Assembly (NCBI GenBank): GCA_015494295.1
Contig: WGBO01000011.1
Span: forward strand, 19,036-83,035
Reading direction: 5' to 3'
From: Gammaproteobacteria bacterium
Lineage (GTDB): Bacteria > Pseudomonadota > Gammaproteobacteria > DSM-19610
DNA: 64,000 nucleotides
The notes under the pieces are model-generated. The model was given only the letters and a program-made list of their open reading frames with translations, was not told the DNA's origin and did not search any database. The position numbers and the translations under genes are program-made. Of the stretch, positions 1-9,278 are shown one piece after another. How positions within the stretch are numbered: position 1 is the stretch's first letter; every line of letters starts with the position of its first letter.

Positions 1-84
1 GGGCCGGAGGCCGTGCAGTGGCAGTCCATGCTGCTGCCCGAGGCGCCGCTGCGCGTCGGCGAGGCCATTGCCAGGGTGTGTTAA
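1..84 (+). CDS. 3' end of a gene running in from the left edge (possibly phosphatidylserine decarboxylase)
   Basis: Frame 1 reads GPEAVQWQSMLLPEAPLRVGEAIARVC* to TAA at 82-84; resembles the Psd C-terminal pattern, but only 27 residues are visible. Confidence 0.3.
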   Translation, partial: GPEAVQWQSMLLPEAPLRVGEAIARVC

Positions 85-106
85 CTTCCTGCCGCCAACC
101 GCGTTA
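81..106 (+). promoter_or_regulatory. Candidate ECF sigma promoter
   Basis: AAC (83-85) then 16 nt then CGT (102-104), the AAC-N16-CGT geometry typical of ECF promoters, 36 nt before ATG 141 and upstream of an ECF sigma gene. Confidence 0.4.
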
Positions 107-140
107 GTCCAGTGGTGAGATCAGCACAGAGGACGACACC

Positions 141-497
141 ATGAAACGCACCATTCCGGCCCTGATCCTGGGCTTGTGGGGCCTGGCCCTGAGTCCCGCC
201 AGCAGCGCGGACAGCAGCTTCAGCATCACGCTCTCCAGCGGCTACATCGCGCCCATCGTCACCCATATCCACGCCGACCGGGTGCGCGCCTGCCCACCCT
301 ACCGGCGTCCGCCCGTGCATGTCGACACCTACATCGAGAAACGGGTCTACAACTATCCGCGCCACGAGCGCGTCCACGAATACCGGGAATACCGCGAGTA
401 TGAGGAATACCACGAGTACCGCGACCGGCGGCACCACCGGCGCGACCGCCACCAGCGCCGCCATCACAGCGGCTATGCGCGCGCCGGGTATTACTGA
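141..497 (+). CDS. Hypothetical secreted protein, His/Arg/Tyr/Glu-rich C-terminus
   Basis: RBS GAGGA; signal-peptide-like MKRTIPALILGLWGLALSPASSA; low-complexity tail EYREYREYEEYHEYRDRRHHRRDRHQRRHH. Confidence 0.7.
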   Translation: MKRTIPALILGLWGLALSPASSADSSFSITLSSGYIAPIVTHIHADRVRACPPYRRPPVHVDTYIEKRVYNYPRHERVHEYREYREYEEYHEYRDRRHHRRDRHQRRHHSGYARAGYY

Positions 498-582
498 TCC
501 GGCAGCGTTGCTGTATGCTGGCCGGACAGGGGAGCAGGCGTTGTTGAACCCGACGGAGGCTGACGTTTCTGCGCACACCACC

Positions 583-1164
583 ATGTCCGGCCAGGCCCCG
601 CTGAACGCGTTTCTCGCCGGCGTCGAAAACCGTGCCTACCAGGTCGCGTACGGAGCCCTGTGGGAACGCGAGGCCGCGCTCGACGTGGTACAGGACGCCA
701 TGCTGCGTTTCGTCGAATACTATCGCGACAAGCCTGAAAAAGACTGGCCGGCGCTGTTCCGCACCGTGCTCAACAGCAAGATCAACGACCAGCGCCGCAA
801 GCGCCTGCTGAGCAACACCACGCGCAAGCTGTTGTCCCTGACCGGCTTCGGCCAGGCGCGGGAGACGGCACAGGACAGCATGGCGGAAAGCGAACTGCCG
901 CGCCCCGTCCACGAAGACGGTTTCAGCCAGCCCGAGGCCGGTGTCACCGACCAGCAACTGAAACGGCATATCGCCAGCGCGCTGGGCCGGCTGGCGGAAC
1001 GCCAGCGGCAGGTTTTCCTGCTGCGCGAACAACTGGGCCTGACGATCCGCGAGACGGCGGAAACGCTGGGCTGTTCGGAGAACAGCATCAAGCAACACCA
1101 TTTCCGCGCCCTGCGCGCCATGCGCAAGCAACTTGCAGAGGTATGGGAACATGAACACGCCTGA
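583..1164 (+). CDS. ECF-family RNA polymerase sigma factor
   Basis: Region 2 (ALDVVQDAMLRF...WPALFRTVLNSKINDQRRKR) and region 4 (LAERQRQVFLLREQLGLTIRETAETLGCSENSIKQHHFRA); start moved to ATG 583. Confidence 0.92.
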   Translation: MSGQAPLNAFLAGVENRAYQVAYGALWEREAALDVVQDAMLRFVEYYRDKPEKDWPALFRTVLNSKINDQRRKRLLSNTTRKLLSLTGFGQARETAQDSMAESELPRPVHEDGFSQPEAGVTDQQLKRHIASALGRLAERQRQVFLLREQLGLTIRETAETLGCSENSIKQHHFRALRAMRKQLAEVWEHEHA

Positions 1165-1585
1165 CAGCCACCCCGACAGCGAACAACTGGACCGGCTGCG
1201 CGCCGGCCTGCTGGACGACGACCCGGCGCTGAAAGCCGCACTCGAGGCACACCTGGCAAACTGCGAAAGGTGCTCCGAGCGCCACGACTGGCGCGGCGGG
1301 CTGACGCCTGGCGCGCTGCCCTTCAGCCCACCGCGGGAACGGCTGGAAAACATCCGCGCACAGGTGCTCGCCCATCCCGTGGAACGACGGCGCCTGGTGC
1401 CGCTGGCCGTGGCGGCGGCGCTGGCGCTGGTCGCCATGGTACTGGTGCGGCCGGCGCTGCAGGACGATCCCGGGCAGACCCGGGTGGCGGAAACTCGGAT
1501 GGATAGCACCCCGGTCCTGTACGAAGACCTGGACTTCTACCTGTGGCTGGCCGACCATAAGGACAACGAGGATTCCGCGACCTGA
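1151..1585 (+). CDS. Zinc-binding (ZAS) anti-sigma factor, single TM helix
   Basis: Overlaps sigma stop; HxxxCxxC motif (AHLANCERC), TM segment LVPLAVAAALALVAMVLV, C-terminal LYEDLDFYLWL. Confidence 0.8.
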   Translation: MNTPDSHPDSEQLDRLRAGLLDDDPALKAALEAHLANCERCSERHDWRGGLTPGALPFSPPRERLENIRAQVLAHPVERRRLVPLAVAAALALVAMVLVRPALQDDPGQTRVAETRMDSTPVLYEDLDFYLWLADHKDNEDSAT

Positions 1586-1593
1586 ACACCGCC

Positions 1594-1941
1594 ATGAACC
1601 GCATCCGCCACATATTGCCGGCCCTGCTTGTCGCCGCCCTGCTGCCGCTCGCCGGCGCCAGCGCCGACATCGACCCGCAACGCCTCTACCTGGCGGCGAA
1701 CGGGCAGATACCCTGGCAATCGCTGAGTCCGGAGGAACAGGACGCGCTGCGCGAGTACCGCCGCGAATGGGATCGCTACGAACCGGCACGCCAGCAGCGC
1801 ATTCGCGAGGGCGCGCGCCGCTTCCAGAGCCTGCCCCCGGAAAAGCGCCGCGAGATCCGGCGAAAACGCGAGGAATACGAACGACTTTCGCCCGAGGAAC
1901 GGCGTCGCCTGCGCGAGGAATACCGGCGCCGGCACAAATAG
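1594..1941 (+). CDS. DUF3106-like periplasmic helical-repeat protein
   Basis: Signal peptide then repeats WQSLSPEEQ / WDRYEPARQ / FQSLPPEKR / YERLSPEER; third gene of the ECF operon. Confidence 0.75.
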   Translation: MNRIRHILPALLVAALLPLAGASADIDPQRLYLAANGQIPWQSLSPEEQDALREYRREWDRYEPARQQRIREGARRFQSLPPEKRREIRRKREEYERLSPEERRRLREEYRRRHK

Positions 1942-1954
1942 ACCGCGGCGGCGA

Positions 1955-1983
1955 TTCACAGCCCCGGCGCAACCCGGTACAAT
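1955..1983 (+). promoter_or_regulatory. Candidate sigma70 promoter for suhB
   Basis: TTCACA (1955-1960), 17 nt spacer, TACAAT (1978-1983). Confidence 0.5.
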
Positions 1984-2019
1984 CGCCTGCCGTTTGACGC
2001 CCGAGAAAGCCGGAACCCT

Positions 2020-2820
2020 ATGCACCCCATGCTCAACATCGCGGTCAGCGCCGCACGCAACGCCGGCGACATCATCGTCCGCTACCTGAACCGCATCGAT
2101 CACCTGACCATTTCCAGCAAGGATCGCAACGATTTCGTGTCGGAAGTGGACCGGCAGGCCGAAGACGAAATCATCGCCACCCTCCGCAAGGCCTACCCCG
2201 ACCACGGCATTCTCGCCGAGGAAAGCGGAACGCACGGCAACGGCGACGAGTACCAGTGGATCATCGACCCGCTCGACGGCACCACCAATTTCCTGCACGG
2301 CTTCCCCCAGTTCGCCGTTTCCATTGCGCTACGGCACAAGGGCAAGCTGGAACAGGCGGTCATCTACGACCCCATGCGCCAGGAACTGTACACCGCCAGC
2401 CGCGGCGGCGGCGCTTTCCTGGACAACCGCCGCATTCGCGTCAGCAACCAGACCGGGCTGGAGGGCGCGCTGCTCGGCACCGGCTTCCCCTACAAGGACA
2501 TGCAGCACCTGGACGCCTACCTGGGCATGTTCCGCGCCTTCATTCCCAAGGTCGCGGGCATCCGCCGTCCCGGTTCGGCGGCGCTGGACCTGGCCTACGT
2601 GGCGGCCGGCCGTTACGACGGCTTCTGGGAGATCGACCTGAACGCCTGGGACATCGCCGCGGGTATCCTGCTGGTACGCGAGGCCGGCGGCCTGGTCGGC
2701 GACCTGAACGGCGGACACACCCACCTGGAAACCGGCAACATCGTTGCCGCGGCTCCCAAGCTTTTCCCGGCCATGCTGCGCGAAATCCGCCCCCACCTCA
2801 GCGATATTCTGAAACGCTGA
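2020..2820 (+). CDS. suhB: Inositol-1-monophosphatase / Nus factor SuhB
   Basis: MHPMLNIAVSAAR start, WIIDPLDGTTNF, GSAALDLAYVAAGRYDGFWE, WDIAAG motifs. Confidence 0.96.
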   Translation: MHPMLNIAVSAARNAGDIIVRYLNRIDHLTISSKDRNDFVSEVDRQAEDEIIATLRKAYPDHGILAEESGTHGNGDEYQWIIDPLDGTTNFLHGFPQFAVSIALRHKGKLEQAVIYDPMRQELYTASRGGGAFLDNRRIRVSNQTGLEGALLGTGFPYKDMQHLDAYLGMFRAFIPKVAGIRRPGSAALDLAYVAAGRYDGFWEIDLNAWDIAAGILLVREAGGLVGDLNGGHTHLETGNIVAAAPKLFPAMLREIRPHLSDILKR

Positions 2821-2963
2821 CCCTGTCACAAAACCGTGCCGGGACGCGCCGGCTCGGTTCAAGATCCCGCCCTCCCTTGCCGCTACGTTTTTCAACGGCG
2901 CGGGAAGATTGTGCGTCCGGACACATAACAAGATCACAAACACGACAGCCGAAAAAGCGCCGC

Positions 2964-3161
2964 ATGATGAAGTTCAGTGACAAGGCATTGAGACTGATTG
3001 GACAAAAACTCTTGCAGGGCATGGAAGCATCACGAACAACGGACGCAGGGCAAACGCCCGACATGGCGGTTGTTGACAACGAGCCACCGCGCACGCAACA
3101 GGACGGCAGCCGGCGCAAGGCCGCGATACTCCCGTTTCGCGGCAACGCAAGGGACGACTGA
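2964..3161 (+). CDS. Small hypothetical protein (65 aa)
   Basis: MMKFSDKALRLIGQKLLQGME...RRKAAILPFRGNARDD fills the suhB-to-next-gene gap; no strong RBS. Confidence 0.45.
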   Translation: MMKFSDKALRLIGQKLLQGMEASRTTDAGQTPDMAVVDNEPPRTQQDGSRRKAAILPFRGNARDD

Positions 3162-3256
3162 CATACCCCCTGCAAACGTAGGGGTGCCGCTTTACCCGTG
3201 ATCGGATTGTGTGATATACACGAAGTTACTGACTGAAGCCGTGACGGGATGACTGT

Positions 3257-3595
3257 ATGAAACGAGCTGTACTCACCCTGCTGATACCCCCGTTTGCCGC
3301 CTGCCGTTTCGGCTGCGCCGGGTGCTGCGCCGCGCCTATCGGCGTGTTCTGGCTGGCGAGTATCACCAGTATCGTCTACGGGCTCGTTGGCGGCCCGACC
3401 AACCTGATGGGGCCCAGCCTCAACACCATCCTGCTCGGCATCGCCATGTGGGGCGTGGCCTCGGTGTGGGCCGCCATCACCATACGCGGCGCCGACGATG
3501 ACAAGTGCCAGCGCCGCAGCAGCACCTTGTGCAACAAGATCATGCCCGGCACTGACGAAAGCGACCCCTTCGACGAGGTCCGCAAGGCGCGTTAG
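3257..3595 (+). CDS. Small Cys-rich membrane protein
   Basis: LLIPPFAACRFGCAGCCAAPIGVFW then two more hydrophobic segments; six Cys in total. Confidence 0.75.
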   Translation: MKRAVLTLLIPPFAACRFGCAGCCAAPIGVFWLASITSIVYGLVGGPTNLMGPSLNTILLGIAMWGVASVWAAITIRGADDDKCQRRSSTLCNKIMPGTDESDPFDEVRKAR

Positions 3596-3613
3596 GCAGC
3601 CCCGGGCGACCGT

Positions 3614-4549
3614 TCAGGGACGGTCGTCGATTTCCCCGCCTTCCTTCTGCACCGGCATCAGGTCAGCCTTGCTGATGCCCAGCGCCAGCGCTGTCGCGCC
3701 GGCGACGAATATCGACGAATAGGTACCAATAAACACACCCACGATCAGCGCCAGCGCAAAGGCGTGGATGATCTCGCCGCCCAGGAAGAACAGCGCGACC
3801 AGTACCAGCAGCGTGGTGATGGAGGTCATCAGGGTACGCGACAGGGTCTGGTTGATGGAAGCGTTCATGATTGCTTCCGGCGTGCCCTTGCGCATGCGCC
3901 GGAAGTTCTCGCGGATACGATCGAACACCACGATGGTATCGTTCAGCGAATACCCGATCACCGCCAGCAGAGCTGCCAGCACGGTAAGATCGAACTCCGT
4001 CTGCAACAACGAGAACACGCCCAGGGTGATAATGACGTCGTGCACCAGCGCCGCCACCGCCCCGAGCGAGAAACGGTACTCGAAGCGCAGGGTGACGTAG
4101 ATGAGAATGCCGATCAGCGCGTACAGCATCGCCAGACCGCCCTGCTCGGTGAGTTCCTCGCCCACCTGCGGGCCGACGAATTCCACGCGGCGCTTTTCCA
4201 CCGCCGGGTCGGCCGCCTGCAGGGCGGACAGGACTTCATCGCTCAGTTCGGCGCGGTCGCGGCCTTCCTGCGGGGCGATGCGGATCAGCACATCACGCGA
4301 CGTGCCAAAGTGCTGCACCTGCGCGTCCGGGTAACCGGCGTCGGCCAGCACCTGGCGCAACTCGCCGAGGTCCGCCGTATCCGGATAGGCCACCTCGATG
4401 ATGGTGCCACCGGTGAAGTCGATGCCGAAATTCAGGCCGCGCATGACCAGTGAGCCCAGGGACACCAGGATCAGCAACGCCGAGAACGCCATGGCGATCT
4501 TGCGCTTGCCCATGAAATCGATCTGTGTCGCCTTGCCGAGAATTCGCAT
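3614..4549 (-). CDS. secF: Protein translocase subunit SecF
   Basis: GLNFGIDFTGG, FVGPQVG, GYSLNDTIVVFDRIRE motifs. Confidence 0.97.
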   Translation of the reverse strand: MRILGKATQIDFMGKRKIAMAFSALLILVSLGSLVMRGLNFGIDFTGGTIIEVAYPDTADLGELRQVLADAGYPDAQVQHFGTSRDVLIRIAPQEGRDRAELSDEVLSALQAADPAVEKRRVEFVGPQVGEELTEQGGLAMLYALIGILIYVTLRFEYRFSLGAVAALVHDVIITLGVFSLLQTEFDLTVLAALLAVIGYSLNDTIVVFDRIRENFRRMRKGTPEAIMNASINQTLSRTLMTSITTLLVLVALFFLGGEIIHAFALALIVGVFIGTYSSIFVAGATALALGISKADLMPVQKEGGEIDDRP

Positions 4550-4567
4550 GATGTGTTTCCTTTGAGA

Positions 4568-6421
4568 TCAGATCGGCAGTCGCTTGAGGCGACGGCCGCC
4601 GTAAACCAGGTTGATTACCGCACGCGTACCCATGATGGCGGTGAACATGGACGTCAGGATACCGATGGACAGTGTCACGGCGAAGCCCTTGACCGGGCCG
4701 CTGCCGAAACTGAACAGCACCACGGCGGCGATCAGGGTGGTGACGTTGGCGTCGGCAATGGTGGAGAAGGCCTTGGCGTAGCCGGCGTGAATACTCGCCT
4801 GCGGCGTGTTGCCGTTGCGCAGTTCCTCGCGGATACGCTCGAAGATCAGCACGTTGGCGTCCACCGCCATGCCCACCGTGAGCACGATACCGGCAATACC
4901 CGGCATGGTCAGGGTCGCCTGCAGCATGGACAGTACCGCCACGATAAGCACCAGGTTCATGGCCAGCGCCAGGTCGGCAACCAGACCGAAAGCCTTGTAG
5001 TACGCCGCCATGAACACCAGCACCAGGATGAAGCCGATCACCACCGACTCGAAGCCCTGCTCGATGTTGTCGGCGCCCAGGCTCGGGCCAATGGTGCGCT
5101 CCTCGATAATGCGGATGGGCGCGGCCAGCGCGCCGGAACGCAGCAGCAGCGCCAGCTCGTGCGCTTCCTGCGGGCTGTCCAGACCGGTGGTCTGGAAACG
5201 TTTGCTGAACACGTCGCGGATGGTCGCGACGCTGATGATTTCCTCGACCTTGCGGTTCACCACCACCGGCTTTCCGTCGACCATTTTGGTGGTGGACTTG
5301 TTCTCGATGAACACCACCGCCATCGGCTTGCCGACGTTTTCCTTGGTGAACTCGAGCATCTTGCGGGCGCCCTTGCCGTCCAGGGTCACCGTCACCTGCG
5401 GCTGACCGCCCTGGCTGTCGAAACCGGAACGCGCGTTGATAATCTGGTCGCCGGTCACGATGACCCGGTTCTTGAGGAGGTAGTAACGGCCGTTGCGGTC
5501 CTTGTACAGGCGAGAACCCGCCGGCACCTTGCCGTCGATGGCGTCCTGCACATCGTGCTCGGTGTCGACCGCCCGGTACTCCAGGGTGGCAGTAGCGCCG
5601 ATGATGCGCTTGGCCGCCACCGTGTCCTGAACCCCCGGCAACTGCACCACCACGCGCCGGTCGCCCTGCTGCTGGATCACCGGCTCGGCAACGCCCAGTT
5701 CGTTGACGCGGTTACGCAGCGTGGTGATGTTCTGCTGCAGCGCCAGCTTGCGGATTTCGCGAATCTCGTTCTCGCCGAGCCGCACTTCCAGCCCGTAGCT
5801 CTTGCCGCTGTCGACGTCCTTGAGCAACAGCTCGCGGTACTCGTCGTGGATCAGTTCGCTGCCCTTTTCACGGTCCGCCTCGTTGCGGAACTTGACCAGC
5901 AGCTTGTCACTGTGGGCGCGGATGCTCAGGTAACGCACCTTGTTCTTGCGCAGAATAGCGCGCAGGTCGGAAGCGTAGCGTTCCAGCGCCTTCTTCTCTG
6001 CGGCATCCATGTCCACCTCCATCAGGAAGTGAACACCGCCGCGCAGGTCCAGGCCGAGGTACATCGGCTGTGCGTTGATGGCCTGCAGCCATGCCGGGGT
6101 GGAGGGCGCCAGGTTCAACGCCACCGCGTAGTCGGGTCCCAGTTCCTCCTTGATCAGGTCGGCGGCCGCGAGCTGGTCCTCGGTGTTTTCGAAACGCACC
6201 AGCAGGCGGTGCTTGTCGACCTCGAACGCCTTGACCGGGATCTTGCGTTCCGACAGACGGGCCTCGATGCGCCCCTTCAGCGTATCACCGATCTCGCCGC
6301 TGCGCGGCGCCGACACCTGCACCGCCGGGTCGGACTCGTAGAGGTTCGGCAGGGCGTACAACGCGCCGACGATCATCACGACGACGATCAGCAGGTATTT
6401 CCAGGCCGGGTATTGGTTCAT
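4568..6421 (-). CDS. secD: Protein translocase subunit SecD
   Basis: MNQYPAWKY start, LGLDLRGG, RVNELGVAEP, GMAVDANVLIFERIRE. Confidence 0.97.
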   Translation of the reverse strand: MNQYPAWKYLLIVVVMIVGALYALPNLYESDPAVQVSAPRSGEIGDTLKGRIEARLSERKIPVKAFEVDKHRLLVRFENTEDQLAAADLIKEELGPDYAVALNLAPSTPAWLQAINAQPMYLGLDLRGGVHFLMEVDMDAAEKKALERYASDLRAILRKNKVRYLSIRAHSDKLLVKFRNEADREKGSELIHDEYRELLLKDVDSGKSYGLEVRLGENEIREIRKLALQQNITTLRNRVNELGVAEPVIQQQGDRRVVVQLPGVQDTVAAKRIIGATATLEYRAVDTEHDVQDAIDGKVPAGSRLYKDRNGRYYLLKNRVIVTGDQIINARSGFDSQGGQPQVTVTLDGKGARKMLEFTKENVGKPMAVVFIENKSTTKMVDGKPVVVNRKVEEIISVATIRDVFSKRFQTTGLDSPQEAHELALLLRSGALAAPIRIIEERTIGPSLGADNIEQGFESVVIGFILVLVFMAAYYKAFGLVADLALAMNLVLIVAVLSMLQATLTMPGIAGIVLTVGMAVDANVLIFERIREELRNGNTPQASIHAGYAKAFSTIADANVTTLIAAVVLFSFGSGPVKGFAVTLSIGILTSMFTAIMGTRAVINLVYGGRRLKRLPI

Positions 6422-6460
6422 GATGGAGACGAGCCTTGTTCGTTAAGGGTGTAAGTGGTT

Positions 6461-6787
6461 TCAGGATGCCTTGGTGGTGCCCTTGGGCATGAGGGTGGCG
6501 ATGGCCTGGCGCTGCACCTTCACCTCCACGTTGTCGGCGATCTTCAGGGTGACGAAGTTGTCGTCCACCTGGGTGATACGTCCCAGCAGGCCGCCGTTGG
6601 TCACCACCTCGTCGCCCCTGGACAGGGCCTCCACCATGGCCTTGTGCTCCTTGGCGCGCTTGGTCTGCGGACGGATCAGCAGGAAATAGAACACCACGAA
6701 GATCAGCAGCAGGGGCAGGAAGCTCATGATGGGGTCGGGCTGCTGGGCCGGGGCCGCAGCCAGTGCGTCGCTGATGAAGAAACTCAT
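6461..6787 (-). CDS. yajC: Preprotein translocase subunit YajC
   Basis: FYFLLIRPQTKR, GDEVVTNGGLLGRI; position between tgt and secD. Confidence 0.95.
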   Translation of the reverse strand: MSFFISDALAAAPAQQPDPIMSFLPLLLIFVVFYFLLIRPQTKRAKEHKAMVEALSRGDEVVTNGGLLGRITQVDDNFVTLKIADNVEVKVQRQAIATLMPKGTTKAS

Positions 6788-6885
6788 ATTGAATACCTGT
6801 CCTTTTATCCTTTAGTCTCAATTGCGGGCCGCGCGCGGCGCAATGCCGGCGGGACCGCGCCAGGGCGGCGAATTCGAGCGCGCTA

Positions 6886-8010
<1,125 letters not shown>

Positions 8011-9057
8011 TTATCGCGGCGCGTCGCCGCCGCGGCTGTGTTGCAGAAACATGGCATCGCCATAGCTGAAAAATCGGTAACGCTGTTCGACCGCGTGCCG
8101 GTAGGCCGCCATCACCGGCTCGAAACCGGCAAAGGCGCACACCAGCATCAGCAGGGTCGACTCCGGCAGGTGGAAATTGGTCAGCATCGCGTCCACCACC
8201 CGGAAGCGGTAACCCGGTGTGATGAACAGCCGCGTGTCGCCCTGGAACGGTTGCAGATCACCCTCGCGCGCGGCGCTCTCCAGGCTGCGCACCACCGTGG
8301 TGCCCACAGCCACTACCCGTCCGCCGCGCGCGCGTGTCTCCGCAATGGCCTCGCACACCGCCGCGTCCACCGTCACGCGCTCGGCGTGCATCACGTGTTC
8401 GTCGAGCCGCTCCACGCGCACCGGCTGAAAGGTGCCCGCGCCCACGTGCAGGGTCACGAAGGCGCTGCGGATGCCGCGCGCCGCCAGCGCGTCGAGCAGG
8501 GTACGGTCGAAGTGCAGGCCGGCGGTGGGCGCGGCCACCGCACCGGGGTGGCGCGCATACAGCGTCTGGTAGTCCTCGCGGTCGGCCTGTTCGTCGTCGC
8601 GGGCGATATAGGGCGGCAGGGGTACGTGTCCCCAGCGCTCCAGCAGTTCCAGCACCGGCGCCCCGCCCTCGAAACGCACCGCGAACAGCTCGCCCTCGCG
8701 CCCGGTGACCTCGGCCTCCAGCGCGCCATCGGCCAGCGTCAGCCGGGTACCAGGGCGCGGCGACTTGCTGGCGCGCAGGTGGGCCAGCACCCGCTGGTCG
8801 TCCAGCACCCGCTCCACCAGCAACTCGACCCGCCCGCCACTCGCCTTGCGCCCGAACAGGCGCGCCGGGATGACGCGGGTGTCGTTGAACACCAGCAGGT
8901 CCTCGTCGCGCAGCAGTGCGGGGAACTCAAGCATGGTACGATCATGCACACCGCCGTCGGCCGCCAGCTCCAGCAGACGGCTGCTGTGGCGCGGCCGCGC
9001 CGGGTGGCTGGCGATCAGTTCCTGCGGCAGGTGGTAGCTGAAGTCTCGGGTCTGCAT
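8011..9057 (-). CDS. queA: S-adenosylmethionine:tRNA ribosyltransferase-isomerase
   Basis: [50 protein letters not shown]; start set at ATG 9057. Confidence 0.97.
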   Translation of the reverse strand: MQTRDFSYHLPQELIASHPARPRHSSRLLELAADGGVHDRTMLEFPALLRDEDLLVFNDTRVIPARLFGRKASGGRVELLVERVLDDQRVLAHLRASKSPRPGTRLTLADGALEAEVTGREGELFAVRFEGGAPVLELLERWGHVPLPPYIARDDEQADREDYQTLYARHPGAVAAPTAGLHFDRTLLDALAARGIRSAFVTLHVGAGTFQPVRVERLDEHVMHAERVTVDAAVCEAIAETRARGGRVVAVGTTVVRSLESAAREGDLQPFQGDTRLFITPGYRFRVVDAMLTNFHLPESTLLMLVCAFAGFEPVMAAYRHAVEQRYRFFSYGDAMFLQHSRGGDAPR

Positions 9058-9084
9058 GGCGCGGCATGGTACCACAGGGCTTGC

Positions 9085-9120
9085 TTGCGGCAGGCTCAGG
9101 AATCCTTATACTGGCGCGCC
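9085..9120 (+). promoter_or_regulatory. Stable-RNA-type sigma70 promoter for the tRNA
   Basis: TTGCGG (9085-9090), 16 nt spacer, TATACT (9107-9112), followed by GC-rich discriminator GGCGCGCC. Confidence 0.6.
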
Positions 9121-9123
9121 TGT

Positions 9124-9210
9124 GCCGGGGTGGCGGAACTGGTAGACGCGCCGGATTCAAAATCCGGTTCCTTCACGGGAGTGTGGGTTCGATTCCCACC
9201 CTCGGCACCA
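9124..9210 (+). tRNA. tRNA-Leu, anticodon CAA
   Basis: GCCGGGG acceptor paired with CCTCGGC plus ACCA; D-loop TGGTAGAC; anticodon arm CCGGA-TTCAAAA-TCCGG; long variable arm; T-loop GGTTCGATTCC. Confidence 0.95.
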
Positions 9211-9278
9211 TCATTCCATGCTGCGGACACGCGGCATTCCCGCGCCAGCCGCCTTTACACAACGTGATGGGAGACATC

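Noticed and set aside
1984-2019. BoxA autoregulatory element in the suhB leader
   Set aside because: No GYTCTTTAA-like sequence present
2910-2925. CRP-like site TGTGC-N6-ACACA
   Set aside because: Two core mismatches and no -10 element at the expected distance
9190-9210. tRNA-Leu 3' end as island attachment site
   Set aside because: No duplicated tRNA 3' end or integrase seen; glgP follows directly
9066-9278. N-terminal extension of GlgP in the ORF track
   Set aside because: Runs through the tRNA gene; RBS and homology start at ATG 9279
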